The notes below the pieces were generated by a model. It had not been told where the DNA came from. It worked only from the letters and a program-made list of their open reading frames with translations, and searched no databases. A DNA stretch of 64,000 nt from a virus. A program made the translations under genes and the position numbers. The stretch spans positions 5,120-69,119 of IMG/VR virus record IMGVR_UViG_3300037427_002598; one strand, written 5' to 3'. Shown one piece after another: positions 7,848 through 18,547 of the stretch; position 1 is the stretch's first letter, and the number at the start of each line of letters is the position of its first letter.

Positions 7848-9410
7848 ATGGCAATAATATATAGTTATCCACTCGAAGGAACACCAACAACTTCAGATTT
7901 GTTATTAGGAACTTCAATAGGTAATGATAGTAAACCTACAAAAACATTTACCATTGGTAGTTTAGCAGCTTTAGTTACAGCAGATGCAAATGATGGAACT
8001 GTAACTGAGGTTTCAACAGCAAATTCTACTTTTATAGATATGGCGGGCGGTCCTATTTTGAATTCTGGCACATTAATAGCTTCCTTATCTGCAACAGGTA
8101 CTCCATCTAGTAGTACATTTTTAAGAGGAGATAATAAATGGATGCCTGCTTCTACATCTGGAGTAATTACTTTACCTGTATTAGATGAGGGTAGTGTAAT
8201 AACCAATGAAGTAAGTTCATTTAATTTTACAGGTGCAGGAGTAACAGTAACCAATGATGGAAGTGATAATATAACAATTCAAATACCAGCAGCTACAGGA
8301 GGTGTATCTAGTATTTTAGCAGGAACAGGGATTGGAATTGATGCAACAACAGGTGATGTAACTGTTTCAAATACTGGCGTAAGATCTTTAGTTGCTGGAA
8401 CCAATGTAACTTTAGCACCAACAACCGGCGTAGGGAATGTTACAATTAATGCCACAAATAATCCTGGTACTGTACAGAGCATAATTCCAGGTGATGGTTT
8501 AGTATTAGATTCTGGAACTTTAACTACTAATCCAGTGATCGGTGTTTCATATAGTGGATCTAATAATTACATTTTAAATTCATCTTCTCTTACTTTAGCT
8601 ACTTCAGATGATATAATTGCATTTAATAAAATATCATCAAATGATGTAAAAACAACTACGCTTGGTGAAATTCCTATAAGCGCGCTGCCTAAAGTACAAA
8701 AATATATAGATGATGCGGATGAGCCTGCGCTAAAAAACAATACTGATACTTATACTACTACTGCAAAAGTTATGAATGTAGTGAGTTTACAAAATTCTGA
8801 ATATCTTGCTTTACCTACTCCAGATCCTAATACATTATATATTATAGCAACTGGACCAGTTAGTGCTAATGATGTTGTATTAACTACAATTACTAATGGC
8901 ATTGTAAGTCCAGATGGAACAGGTACAGGTACAGGTTATATTTTAAGTGGAGATACACCAGCACCTAAAACACAAAGTGGTATTGAAGGTGAACCTTATT
9001 CATTTGAAGTAATAGCTACTCCTCAAGCGGGATATTATTTTTCTACTCCTGTAAGTGGAAATGTAACAAGTGGTACAATACCTTCTGCAGCTTCTACAAA
9101 TGTTACTATGACATTAGCTGGGGAAGTTGTGGCAGTACCAACCCCGGAAATTAAAGCTACTCTTTTAGTAGTAACAGATATTCAAGGAGGACCAGCTTCA
9201 GCATATAATCTAACAGGTGACGTAACAGGTGCAACACAATCAACGCTTGTAGCATCATCTTTAACATATAGTTTTACTACAGCAATTTCTATTGTAGATC
9301 CAACTGCTTACTCGTGGGCAGCAGGACCTACAATTGTACAAGCAGCAGGAACTATAAATGGTTCTCAAACAGTAGTAACAACAATAACAGGAACATTACA
9401 ATTAATATAG
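7848..9410 (+). CDS. Tail fibre / virion fibre protein 2
   Basis: 520 aa; MAIIYSYP N-terminus, FLRGDNKW, repeated GVxSxxAGTGI, EYLALPTPDPNTLYII; paralogous to the first ~330 aa of fibre 1. Confidence 0.8.
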   Translation: MAIIYSYPLEGTPTTSDLLLGTSIGNDSKPTKTFTIGSLAALVTADANDGTVTEVSTANSTFIDMAGGPILNSGTLIASLSATGTPSSSTFLRGDNKWMPASTSGVITLPVLDEGSVITNEVSSFNFTGAGVTVTNDGSDNITIQIPAATGGVSSILAGTGIGIDATTGDVTVSNTGVRSLVAGTNVTLAPTTGVGNVTINATNNPGTVQSIIPGDGLVLDSGTLTTNPVIGVSYSGSNNYILNSSSLTLATSDDIIAFNKISSNDVKTTTLGEIPISALPKVQKYIDDADEPALKNNTDTYTTTAKVMNVVSLQNSEYLALPTPDPNTLYIIATGPVSANDVVLTTITNGIVSPDGTGTGTGYILSGDTPAPKTQSGIEGEPYSFEVIATPQAGYYFSTPVSGNVTSGTIPSAASTNVTMTLAGEVVAVPTPEIKATLLVVTDIQGGPASAYNLTGDVTGATQSTLVASSLTYSFTTAISIVDPTAYSWAAGPTIVQAAGTINGSQTVVTTITGTLQLI

Positions 9411-9423
9411 TAAAAAATTAACA

Positions 9424-11895
9424 ATGGCAATAATTTATAGTTATCCCAGTGAAACCAATATACAAGGTACAGATCTTTTAGTAGGAACTTCTACGGTTGA
9501 GGTTAATGGCAAAAAGAAAAATACAACTAAAAGCTATTCGATAGATAATCTTATAGCATATATTAAAAGTGTAGGTGGGATTGGAGTTACATCTATTCAA
9601 TTTACAGCTCCATTAACTGGTGGCACTATAACTGGGAGCGGTACAGTGGGAATTCCACAAGCTGGTTCTACTTCTGATGGTTATTTATCCTCTACTGATT
9701 GGACTATTTTTAATAGTAAATTAGGAGGGCTTGCAGGGAGTACTGATAAAATACCTATATGGACTAGTACTTCAACTCTTGGTAATTCATCTTTTGAAGA
9801 AACTTCAGGAGGTACTACCATAACTTCTGCTAAAACTTTTGCACCATTTGCAGATGCAACTTATGATTTAGGCGTTACAGGAACAGGTAGATGGAAAGAT
9901 TTATTTTTATCAGGTACAGCAACTTCTACTAATCTTGTTATAACAGGAACTCTTAGCGCTAATGGAGGTCCGGGTACAGCTGGTCAAATATTACAATCAC
10001 AAGGTGCAGCAGCGGTACAATGGGTAAATTCTACTTCAGTTGGAGATACATATGATATTAATGCAAGTGATGCAGGTGGTGGTAATGTAGCGCTTAATTT
10101 AACAGCTACTACTGGATCTTCATCATTAGTACAATTAACTGCCGGTACAAATATTGGTTTAACTAGATTAGGTTCAGGAGAAATAGAAATAGTAGCAAGT
10201 TCTCCTACATCAGGAACAGTTACCGATGTAAGTAGTGGTGACGTAAATACTATTACTATTACAGGTACTCCAAGCGTAAGTCCAGTAGTTAATGCAATTA
10301 CTGGTGACCCAACTGCTAATAGTGGAAATAATTTAGCTAAAGGTAGTGATATAACAGCATACGTTACTGGTCTTGGAATTAATGCTTTATCAGCAGCAAG
10401 TGGTTCATATAGTATGGGTAGTAATATAATTGAAAATGTTACTGATCCTACTAACCCACAAGAAGCTGCAACTAAAAATTATGTAGATACATCTATAACA
10501 GGTTCAGGTACTTTAATTTATCAAGGTGGTTATAATGCAAATACTAATGTACCAGATTTAACAACTAGTCCTAATAGTATAAAACAAGGATTTACTTATG
10601 CTGTTACACACGCGGGTACTGCAACTGGATTTTGGACAATTACTTTAGAACCAGGAGATTTATTAATTGCTAATACAGATAATCCTACAACAGAGGCAGA
10701 TTGGACAGAAATTCAAAGAAATGTAGATCTTGCAACAGCTAATACTTCAGCGCTAGCGGTTATTGGTATTGCAGGATTTGATAATACTTATTTTACAGAT
10801 AATGGATCTGGTTGGATATCTCTTCCAGCTGGTGGTGTTGCGGGTCAATATTTAGATGGAACAGGTTCATGGATTGCAGTTCCAAGTGGTGTTGCACAAT
10901 ATTGGGTATTAGAAGGTGATAATGCAACAACAGTTAATGTAACAAATACATTAAGAGTAGAATATGAAGGAGGAACTGGTATAGGTACTACTGTAACAGC
11001 TGGAACACCAAATAAACTAACAATTGAAAATACAGGGGTAACTCAAGTTGCTGTGGGTACAGGACTTACAACATCTGCTGGAACAGGTAATATAACAATT
11101 AGTCCTGATTTTGCGGGAACTGATAATATTGTTTTAGCACCTGCTACTACTATAACTGCAGCAGCCGATGGAGATAGCATGCTTATTAGTGATGCTGATG
11201 ATAACAATGTTAAAGATATTGCATTATCTGATCTTAAAACTTATTTTCAAACCGGAGCTGCTGGTACTGTAACATCTGTAGGTATGGATGTAAGTGCTTT
11301 TGGAGCATTTTCTATTACAGGTAGTCCAATTACTAGTTCTGGTACTTTAACTTTAGGTATATCTGGTGGAGTTGCTGGACAATTTTTAAAACAAGATGGA
11401 ACTTGGGCTAATGTACCAGCTGCTTATGATTGGACATTACAAGCAGATTCTGGCGCTAATTTAACTGTAGATACAGCAGCTACAGTAGATATTGCCGGTG
11501 GTACAGGAATAACAACAACTTTAACAGGTACAACAGCAGCACCAAATGTAGAAGTAAAATTAGACGATACAGTAGTAACTCCCGGAAGTTATACTACTGC
11601 AGATATAACAGTAGATCAACAAGGTAGAATAACAGCTGCTAGTAGTGGAACTGCTGGTGGAGGTGTGACAAGAGGAGTTGAAGTTAAAACAGGAGATGGT
11701 CTAAATAATATTTTTACAGGTGTAACAGGTGCTTTAACTGTAGGTAGTAAAGATAATATTGATATTTATATATCCGGTGTATATCAACAAAAATCAACTT
11801 ACTCTTATACTGCAGCCGCAAGTGGTACCGTAACATTCACAGCAATTCCACCTGTAACAGCTGCTAATGGAATAGAATTTGTAACAACAGTATAA
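9424..11895 (+). CDS. Tail fibre protein 3
   Basis: 823 aa; MAIIYSYP N-terminus, DPTNPQEAATKNYVD and ITVDQQGRITAAS fibre motifs, C-terminal beta-sandwich (VYISGVYQ-like). Confidence 0.8.
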   Translation: MAIIYSYPSETNIQGTDLLVGTSTVEVNGKKKNTTKSYSIDNLIAYIKSVGGIGVTSIQFTAPLTGGTITGSGTVGIPQAGSTSDGYLSSTDWTIFNSKLGGLAGSTDKIPIWTSTSTLGNSSFEETSGGTTITSAKTFAPFADATYDLGVTGTGRWKDLFLSGTATSTNLVITGTLSANGGPGTAGQILQSQGAAAVQWVNSTSVGDTYDINASDAGGGNVALNLTATTGSSSLVQLTAGTNIGLTRLGSGEIEIVASSPTSGTVTDVSSGDVNTITITGTPSVSPVVNAITGDPTANSGNNLAKGSDITAYVTGLGINALSAASGSYSMGSNIIENVTDPTNPQEAATKNYVDTSITGSGTLIYQGGYNANTNVPDLTTSPNSIKQGFTYAVTHAGTATGFWTITLEPGDLLIANTDNPTTEADWTEIQRNVDLATANTSALAVIGIAGFDNTYFTDNGSGWISLPAGGVAGQYLDGTGSWIAVPSGVAQYWVLEGDNATTVNVTNTLRVEYEGGTGIGTTVTAGTPNKLTIENTGVTQVAVGTGLTTSAGTGNITISPDFAGTDNIVLAPATTITAAADGDSMLISDADDNNVKDIALSDLKTYFQTGAAGTVTSVGMDVSAFGAFSITGSPITSSGTLTLGISGGVAGQFLKQDGTWANVPAAYDWTLQADSGANLTVDTAATVDIAGGTGITTTLTGTTAAPNVEVKLDDTVVTPGSYTTADITVDQQGRITAASSGTAGGGVTRGVEVKTGDGLNNIFTGVTGALTVGSKDNIDIYISGVYQQKSTYSYTAAASGTVTFTAIPPVTAANGIEFVTTV

Positions 11896-11901
11896 TATAA
11901 A

Positions 11902-14046
11902 ATGGCTTTAACCAAAATATCAACCGATACTATAGATCTTAGCGCGGATACAAATGCGTTAAAGATGCCTAAAGGTACTACAGCTGAAAGACAAATAGAA
12001 TATTTAGTTGTTGCTGGTGGTGGCGGAGGTGCTGGTAATTCTTCTGGTGGCGGAGGTGGTGGTGCCGGTGGTTTACTAAGTGGAACTACAGATATGATTG
12101 CCACTACAAATTTAACTATAACTGTAGGAACTGGAGGGGCAGGTACAATTGGTGAAGGAAGTACCGATGTTGGAGGTAATGGGACTGATTCTGTTTTTGA
12201 CAATATAACAGCTACAGGAGGTGGGGGTGCTGGAAATACAGGTGCTGGAAATAGTGCTAATGGTGGATCTGGCGGTGGTGCTTCAGGAGGAACTGCTGTT
12301 ACCCCTGGAAATGGTATTCCCCCACAAGGAAATAATGGAGGTACAGGTTCTGATCCAAGTGATATTGGTGGTGGTGGCGGAGGCGCCGGAGGAGTTGGTC
12401 AACCAGGTGGTAGTTTAGGATCTATTCCATCAAGTGGAACATTTACTGGAACTGATGGTCAAGGTGGCGCTGCTTTATCTAATAGTATAACTGGAACCGC
12501 AGTATTATATGCTGGTGGAGGTGGTGGTGGTGTTTGTGATTTTGTTTATAATGTTGGTACTCCTGCTACTACTGGTCTTGGAGGTGCTGGAGTTGCTGGA
12601 ACTGGAGGAAATGGTGGTCAAAGTGATGGGTCTACTACAGCTGCTGTTAATGGGGGTAATGGAACTGCTAACACTGGAGGTGGTGGTGGTGGTGGTTCAA
12701 GAAGTGCTAGTGGATCATGTAATGGAGGTGATGGAGGTTCTGGTATAGTTATTTTAAGATATGCATCTAAGTATACTTTAGTTGCCAGTGCAGGATTAAC
12801 AACTGGAGTTTTAAATGGAACTGTTGGAGATGATAAATATACAACTTTTACTGCAGGAACGGGAACAATTAGTGGCCTTAATTTGGATATTGCTATAGGT
12901 ACTATGAGAGAAAATACTACAACCGGTAACATGGAAATATATACTGGCGCTAAAGGTTGGAGAGCTTTACAACAAACTGGGCAAGATGCAGGTGTGGTAG
13001 CATCAAATGGTTTTGGTACAGCATTATATACTGGAAATGGAGGAGCAGATAATATAAATTTAAATTTTCAACCCGATTTAATTTGGATAAAAGGTAGAGA
13101 TACAAACGGAAAATTTAATGCTGTATATGATTCTGTAAGAGGTGCTACAAATATGATTTCAACTAACTCAACAGATTATGGTAGTTGGAATCCTTATGGA
13201 AGTGTAACGCCTACTGCTAGCGGTTTTGAAATAGGTTCAGCTTCTGCTGGTGATGTAAATGCTAGTGGAGAAGAATATGTTTCGTGGTCATGGAAAGCTG
13301 GTGGAAATTCTAATACTTTTAATATAGATGGTGTAGGTTATGCAACAGCTGCTGCAGCAGGAATGAATGCAGGTAGTATTTCACCTAATGCATGTTCAGT
13401 TAGCACAGAGTATGGGTTTTCTATTACTAAGTATGACTCTGGAATTTGTGGTACATCAAATCCTCCCTGTTTTAATTGGTCTCATGGTTTAAATCAAGAA
13501 CCTGATTTTGTAACAAATAAAATGCTTAATTATAGTTATGGATGGGATAGTATATTTAAACCAGCAGGTTATAGTGGAGGTTCAAATACCGGTGGTTGGC
13601 AATATCTTCAATTAAATACCACCGCAGCAATGGCTTCTAGTCCTCATTACTCCGCAGATAGTACATTAATATATGAAACTATGAGTTCTGGTGCTAGTTA
13701 TCCTTTAGTTACATATGCTTGGCATTCAGTTCCAGGTTATTCACTAATAGGAAGTTATACTGGAACAGGTAGTGCTACTGACTCACCGAAAATTTATACA
13801 GGCTTTGAACCGGCATGGTTAATGACAAAACCGGTTTCTACAACTGGATGGTGGTATATATTTGATAATAAAAGAAGTACGAACAATCCAAGAGATATAA
13901 TATTAGGTGCTAATTCATCTGATTCAGAATATACTAGTTCTAATTATGATGTTAATTTTTATAACGATGGTTTTCAATATAGAAATAGTACTATATGTTG
14001 TAATGATGCTGGGGTTGAATATTTATTCATGTGTTTTGCATCTTAA
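11902..14046 (+). CDS. Fibre/receptor-binding protein with glycine-rich domain and C-terminal YTGNG/FQPDLIWIK repeat domain
   Basis: MALTK start; IEYLVVAGGGGG...GGSGIVILRY glycine-rich domain; C-terminal FQPDLIWIKGR and FEPAWLMTK repeats common in marine phage fibres. Confidence 0.8.
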   Translation: MALTKISTDTIDLSADTNALKMPKGTTAERQIEYLVVAGGGGGAGNSSGGGGGGAGGLLSGTTDMIATTNLTITVGTGGAGTIGEGSTDVGGNGTDSVFDNITATGGGGAGNTGAGNSANGGSGGGASGGTAVTPGNGIPPQGNNGGTGSDPSDIGGGGGGAGGVGQPGGSLGSIPSSGTFTGTDGQGGAALSNSITGTAVLYAGGGGGGVCDFVYNVGTPATTGLGGAGVAGTGGNGGQSDGSTTAAVNGGNGTANTGGGGGGGSRSASGSCNGGDGGSGIVILRYASKYTLVASAGLTTGVLNGTVGDDKYTTFTAGTGTISGLNLDIAIGTMRENTTTGNMEIYTGAKGWRALQQTGQDAGVVASNGFGTALYTGNGGADNINLNFQPDLIWIKGRDTNGKFNAVYDSVRGATNMISTNSTDYGSWNPYGSVTPTASGFEIGSASAGDVNASGEEYVSWSWKAGGNSNTFNIDGVGYATAAAAGMNAGSISPNACSVSTEYGFSITKYDSGICGTSNPPCFNWSHGLNQEPDFVTNKMLNYSYGWDSIFKPAGYSGGSNTGGWQYLQLNTTAAMASSPHYSADSTLIYETMSSGASYPLVTYAWHSVPGYSLIGSYTGTGSATDSPKIYTGFEPAWLMTKPVSTTGWWYIFDNKRSTNNPRDIILGANSSDSEYTSSNYDVNFYNDGFQYRNSTICCNDAGVEYLFMCFAS

Positions 14047-14056
14047 ATAATAAAAT

Positions 14057-16606
14057 ATGGCGATAACAAAAGTAATTAACGATCTTGCCGATTTAAATCA
14101 ATTAGGTTCTACCAACGCTTTAAAAGGATGTGCTGGTACAACTGCTCAGCAACCAGTAGTTTCTTCATCTATTGAATATGTAATCGTTGGAGGAGGCGGT
14201 GGAGGTGGTACTAATGGTTCAGCTACCGGTGATGGTCTTGGTGGTGGTGGTGCTGGGGGTTATGTTACGGGTACAACTACAGTTTATCATGGAACACCTA
14301 CTGTTCTTACCGTAGGAGATGGTGGTAACGGTGGTACAACAACTAATGGTTATGATGGAATAAACGGTGATGATTCCGGGTTTAATGGTATTAGAGCTAT
14401 CGGTGGCGGTGGCGGTGGTGCTGGAACAGGGTTTGGTATAGATGGAGGTTCTGGTGGTGGAGGTGGAAGAAATGGCGGTGCTGCAGGAAGTTCTTTAAAT
14501 AGTCAAGGAAATGCTGGTGGAACTGGCGGAACTGGAAGTACATATTATAATTCTACTGGTGCTGGTGGTGGTGGTAGTGGTGAACCATTCTTAGACACTA
14601 ATGGAACGGGTGGTAACGGAGCAAATAGTCCCTCAGGTAATGGTGGATCTGGAGGTTCTGGTACAAATATAAATGGATTTATAGATTATACTAATGCAAC
14701 CACAGCAGGTATAGGGGATATATCGGGAACTGATGTATATATTTCTGGTGGTGGCGGTGGTGGTGCTTATAGTGGTACTAAAGGAACTGGAGGAGATGGC
14801 GGTGGCGGTGCTGGTGGTCAATCAGGAACTACTGCTACAAGTGGAAGTGATAATACTGGTGGTGGCGGTGGTGGAGATGGTAATGCTGAATCGCTTGGTG
14901 GAGGTGGAGGATCTGGTGTTGTAATTTTACAATATGATAATAACGAAGTAACTGGATATACAATTACAGGGTCATTAGTTGGAGGTGTAAATACCGCGGA
15001 TAATTCTGCTGTCGTAGATTTTCCCGCAGGAGCAGGATGCCAAGCTTTATATCAATTTGAGAATAATACAAATGATTCAAGTAGTAATAGCTATAATCCA
15101 ACTTCTGAGGCTAATACAAGTTTTCCAACATCATCTCCTGCTCCAAAATTTGGTACTTATTCTTTATCTCTTAATGGTTCAACTACTTATGTTAATGGCA
15201 TTCCCTCAGGATTAACGACTAAAATAAGGACAGCTGGACAATTTAGTATTTCTGTCTGGATAAATCCAAAAACTAGACCATCGGGAAGTGGATATTCTGG
15301 AGGAGATAACTTTATTAAGCTTCTAGATGATATTTATCTATCAATTTTTCTTGATAAAGAGTTAACATTAAATTATTCGGTAATTCCTAGTCCAGGCGTA
15401 TATATTGAATCTCCACAAACTACGTCTGTAAGAAGAATTAATTTAAATGAATGGTCTCATATATGTCTTACAGGAAGTGCTACTAATGGTATAAAGTTTT
15501 ATATAAACGGACAACAAGAAACATATAATCCTTCTTGGCCTGGAACATTTATTACTTATACTGATAGTAACTATAAAACTAACGGTCTTACGGCTAATTA
15601 TCCTAGTTTGCCAGGAAATCCTACTAAAGTATTAGATGGTAATTTAGATAATCTTAGAGTTTATGATAATGAACTAACAGCTTCACAAGTGTTAGAACTT
15701 ACTAACACTAATTTAACAACTAAATTTGTAGACAGTCCAACTGTTGGTACTGATACATTAGTATTTAAAGGAGGAACAGGAAATATATCCTTTGAAAATA
15801 GTGGACCTCCAGGAGGAGAAATAGGTATGTTAAGGTACAATAGTACTTTAGGTCAAATGGAACATTTTAATTCCGGTGGTTGGAAAGATTTTACTGATTG
15901 CACAACTTCTGTATGTAATTATCCTACTACAGCTCGATGTTTATACACATTTGACGGAAATATTATAGATTCGTGTGGAAATACAACACCTGATCTTATT
16001 CAAAATATTTATTATAATTCCACAGGAAAATTTGATCAACGAGGATGGACTGCACTTGGAACATCCAGTTCTTTAGGTTATAGTAAACTTGGTTGGTCTT
16101 CCGGATTAGGAGTTAATTATAATACTTCAGATTTTAGTATTTCTTTATGGTTAAAACAAGATTCTTATGCAAGTTATAGTGCGTGTAGTAGTAATCCTTT
16201 ATGTTATGGATATATATGGTCAGGATGGTCAAATTCATATTGGACATTAGCTACAGATCACCAACTCGCAGGTAATACAATAGCATGGAAAAGTTGGGGA
16301 CCTGGAGCAGGACAAATTCAAACAGCTGAAAGTGGAATAGTAGATTTAAATACGTGGTATCATATTGTAGCTACAAGAAGTACAACAGATGGTATCCAAT
16401 TATGGTTAAATAATCAACTAGTTGCTAGTGTAAGTGGATCATTTACCGCAGGAACAGCGTCGGTTTATGATATGATGGGAGGGTATGGAGATACAGGTTA
16501 TACTAGACAAGGATTGAATGGGTCGATTAGTCAATTTAGACTTTTTGAATCTGTATTAACTTCAACTCAGATATCACAATTATATAATGAAATTTCATGT
16601 CCTTAA
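14057..16606 (+). CDS. Fibre/receptor-binding protein with glycine-rich domain and two LamG/ConA-like domains
   Basis: Gly-rich domain, FSISVWINP...WSHICLT...FYING...GNLDNLRVYD and a second WYHIVAT...GSISQFRLF LamG signature. Confidence 0.82.
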   Translation: MAITKVINDLADLNQLGSTNALKGCAGTTAQQPVVSSSIEYVIVGGGGGGGTNGSATGDGLGGGGAGGYVTGTTTVYHGTPTVLTVGDGGNGGTTTNGYDGINGDDSGFNGIRAIGGGGGGAGTGFGIDGGSGGGGGRNGGAAGSSLNSQGNAGGTGGTGSTYYNSTGAGGGGSGEPFLDTNGTGGNGANSPSGNGGSGGSGTNINGFIDYTNATTAGIGDISGTDVYISGGGGGGAYSGTKGTGGDGGGGAGGQSGTTATSGSDNTGGGGGGDGNAESLGGGGGSGVVILQYDNNEVTGYTITGSLVGGVNTADNSAVVDFPAGAGCQALYQFENNTNDSSSNSYNPTSEANTSFPTSSPAPKFGTYSLSLNGSTTYVNGIPSGLTTKIRTAGQFSISVWINPKTRPSGSGYSGGDNFIKLLDDIYLSIFLDKELTLNYSVIPSPGVYIESPQTTSVRRINLNEWSHICLTGSATNGIKFYINGQQETYNPSWPGTFITYTDSNYKTNGLTANYPSLPGNPTKVLDGNLDNLRVYDNELTASQVLELTNTNLTTKFVDSPTVGTDTLVFKGGTGNISFENSGPPGGEIGMLRYNSTLGQMEHFNSGGWKDFTDCTTSVCNYPTTARCLYTFDGNIIDSCGNTTPDLIQNIYYNSTGKFDQRGWTALGTSSSLGYSKLGWSSGLGVNYNTSDFSISLWLKQDSYASYSACSSNPLCYGYIWSGWSNSYWTLATDHQLAGNTIAWKSWGPGAGQIQTAESGIVDLNTWYHIVATRSTTDGIQLWLNNQLVASVSGSFTAGTASVYDMMGGYGDTGYTRQGLNGSISQFRLFESVLTSTQISQLYNEISCP

Positions 16607-16616
16607 TTAATATAAT

Positions 16617-18155
16617 ATGTCACTAACAAAGATAACAACACCAGAACTTTTAGATTTTCCAAATGACACTACAACAAGTATTAATACATCTGGTACTGTA
16701 ATACCTACAGGCTATATAGCTTCATGTACATTTCCGGATACTGCTAGTAATGTAGCTTTATATACTATGTTTCTTTCGGGTAATGATTCATGTAGTGGTT
16801 CATTAAATTTAACAAATAATAATGGGGTACCATTTGTTGCTAATTCGCCTTTTGGTGGTGTATCCTTTTCTGCTGATTTTGATCCCGCAGCATCTCCTAG
16901 TGAATATTTAAGTATTACATCTGGTTTAGGATCCGTACAAGACAGAACTAGATCTTTATGGATTTACTTAGACGCTATACCTAGTGTTTTTGCAACAGTT
17001 TTATATATTGGTTATGCTGGACTTCCTAATCAAAACTATGAAGTGTTAAGCGTTAGTTCTGCTACTACAGGACACGTAAGATTTCAATCAAGATATAGTA
17101 CTAGTACTGATGCTGCTATAGAAAGTTTAAGCGCATTAAGTACAAGTACTTGGTATCATGTTGCTTGGGTTTATCAAGGTGCTTCAATTTATTTATATAT
17201 AGATGGAGTTTTACAAGGTTCTACAACAAACACTGTAACAGATACTAGTAGTTATCCCGCTTTTTTTGGGGCTTGGCACGACGGAGATACTCAATTTGAT
17301 GGACAAATAGCTCAAGCGAGGTTTTATAATCAAGCTTTAACTAGCGATCAGATAGTTGATTTATATAATGAAACTAAAACTATAGATTATAGGCCTACAA
17401 CTAGTTTAAATGCAGGTGAATTTAGATATAATGAACAATTAGGGTATGTAGAATACTATGATGGTAGTATTTGGCGCCAAATAGCAGATGAATATATAAC
17501 TGGTCAACCTACTACTTGTATATGTAACTATCCTACTCAAGGAGTTTCCTTGTATGAATTTCAAGATAATGCTAATGATGTTTGCGGATTTTATCCTTTA
17601 ACAGAAGTTGGAAGTCCTTCATATGTAACTGGTAAATTTGGTAAAGCAATACAGTTTAATGGAACTTCTCAAGGCGTTACAAGTACATCTGCAGTAATTC
17701 CTAATCCAGCAACAACTATTTCCTTGTGGTATAATGGAAACGGTACAGCTTTAACTGAATTTTATATTATTGGAGCAGGTGTTGGTGGTGGAAGTTATGG
17801 GCTTGATATACATTATTATGATTCAGGTTTTTGGGCTGGGGTGGTAGATGGAGGTAGTTTTGAAGGAGTTGGTGGTGGAGTAACTACAGTTAATACAAGT
17901 ACTTGGTATCATCTGGCTTTAACATGGGATGGATCAACAACAACAAATTCTCTGAAACTTTATTTAAATGGTGCTTTAGAAACTAATATTACTCCTACTG
18001 TTGCAGCTTCTAGTCTTACTTATAGTTCTTTTGGAATTGGAAAAACCGCAACAGCAACTTATGCCCCCGGAATAGTAGATCAAGTAAGAATATTTGATAG
18101 TGTTCTTACGCCTACGCAAATAACAGAATTATATAATGAAGTAATATGTAATTAA
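16617..18155 (+). CDS. Fibre/receptor-binding protein with two LamG/ConA-like domains
   Basis: WYHVAWVY...LYIDG...GQIAQARFYN and WYHLALTWDG...LYLNG...GIVDQVRIFD. Confidence 0.82.
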   Translation: MSLTKITTPELLDFPNDTTTSINTSGTVIPTGYIASCTFPDTASNVALYTMFLSGNDSCSGSLNLTNNNGVPFVANSPFGGVSFSADFDPAASPSEYLSITSGLGSVQDRTRSLWIYLDAIPSVFATVLYIGYAGLPNQNYEVLSVSSATTGHVRFQSRYSTSTDAAIESLSALSTSTWYHVAWVYQGASIYLYIDGVLQGSTTNTVTDTSSYPAFFGAWHDGDTQFDGQIAQARFYNQALTSDQIVDLYNETKTIDYRPTTSLNAGEFRYNEQLGYVEYYDGSIWRQIADEYITGQPTTCICNYPTQGVSLYEFQDNANDVCGFYPLTEVGSPSYVTGKFGKAIQFNGTSQGVTSTSAVIPNPATTISLWYNGNGTALTEFYIIGAGVGGGSYGLDIHYYDSGFWAGVVDGGSFEGVGGGVTTVNTSTWYHLALTWDGSTTTNSLKLYLNGALETNITPTVAASSLTYSSFGIGKTATATYAPGIVDQVRIFDSVLTPTQITELYNEVICN

Positions 18156-18232
18156 AAATTCACTTAAAAACCAAGAAAAACAAGTAACTATATATTTATA
18201 AACCTAATGTCAAACAATTAAAACCAAAACCA

Positions 18233-18520
18233 ATGACACTATTTTACCAGACTCATTCGTGGAGTAGTCAACCACAAATTTCAGAAAAAACCCAAAACCT
18301 TTGGAAGCATATTGCTCAAAAGAAAAATTGGCGGATAACCCAATTACCTAATGGTTTTTATCAAACTGAATACCAAGATCCCGAAGCTCAAGAGTGGATG
18401 GATGTAACCCGTAGAGAAACACTTGAAGGTGCTGAAGAAGCTGTAATAGCTTCTGTAAAGCATTACGAGAAAAAAATAGAGTTCTTAAACGGTCCAAAAG
18501 TCGTTAAGACCTTTAAATAA
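18233..18520 (+). CDS. Hypothetical protein
   Basis: 95-aa ORF with A-rich leader, directly upstream of groEL. Confidence 0.7.
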   Translation: MTLFYQTHSWSSQPQISEKTQNLWKHIAQKKNWRITQLPNGFYQTEYQDPEAQEWMDVTRRETLEGAEEAVIASVKHYEKKIEFLNGPKVVKTFK

Positions 18521-18547
18521 AATAAATCAAATCAAATTTAATCTAAT

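Noticed and set aside
12221-14924. Val/Leu-rich +1 ORFs (12221, 12509, 14733) in the glycine-rich fibre genes
   Set aside because: GGT/GGA runs read as Val/Glu in the +1 frame and lack stops automatically; no codon-usage anomaly, so these are shadows.
11902-18155. Diversity-generating retroelement acting on fibre tips
   Set aside because: No reverse transcriptase and no template/variable repeat pair seen in the window.
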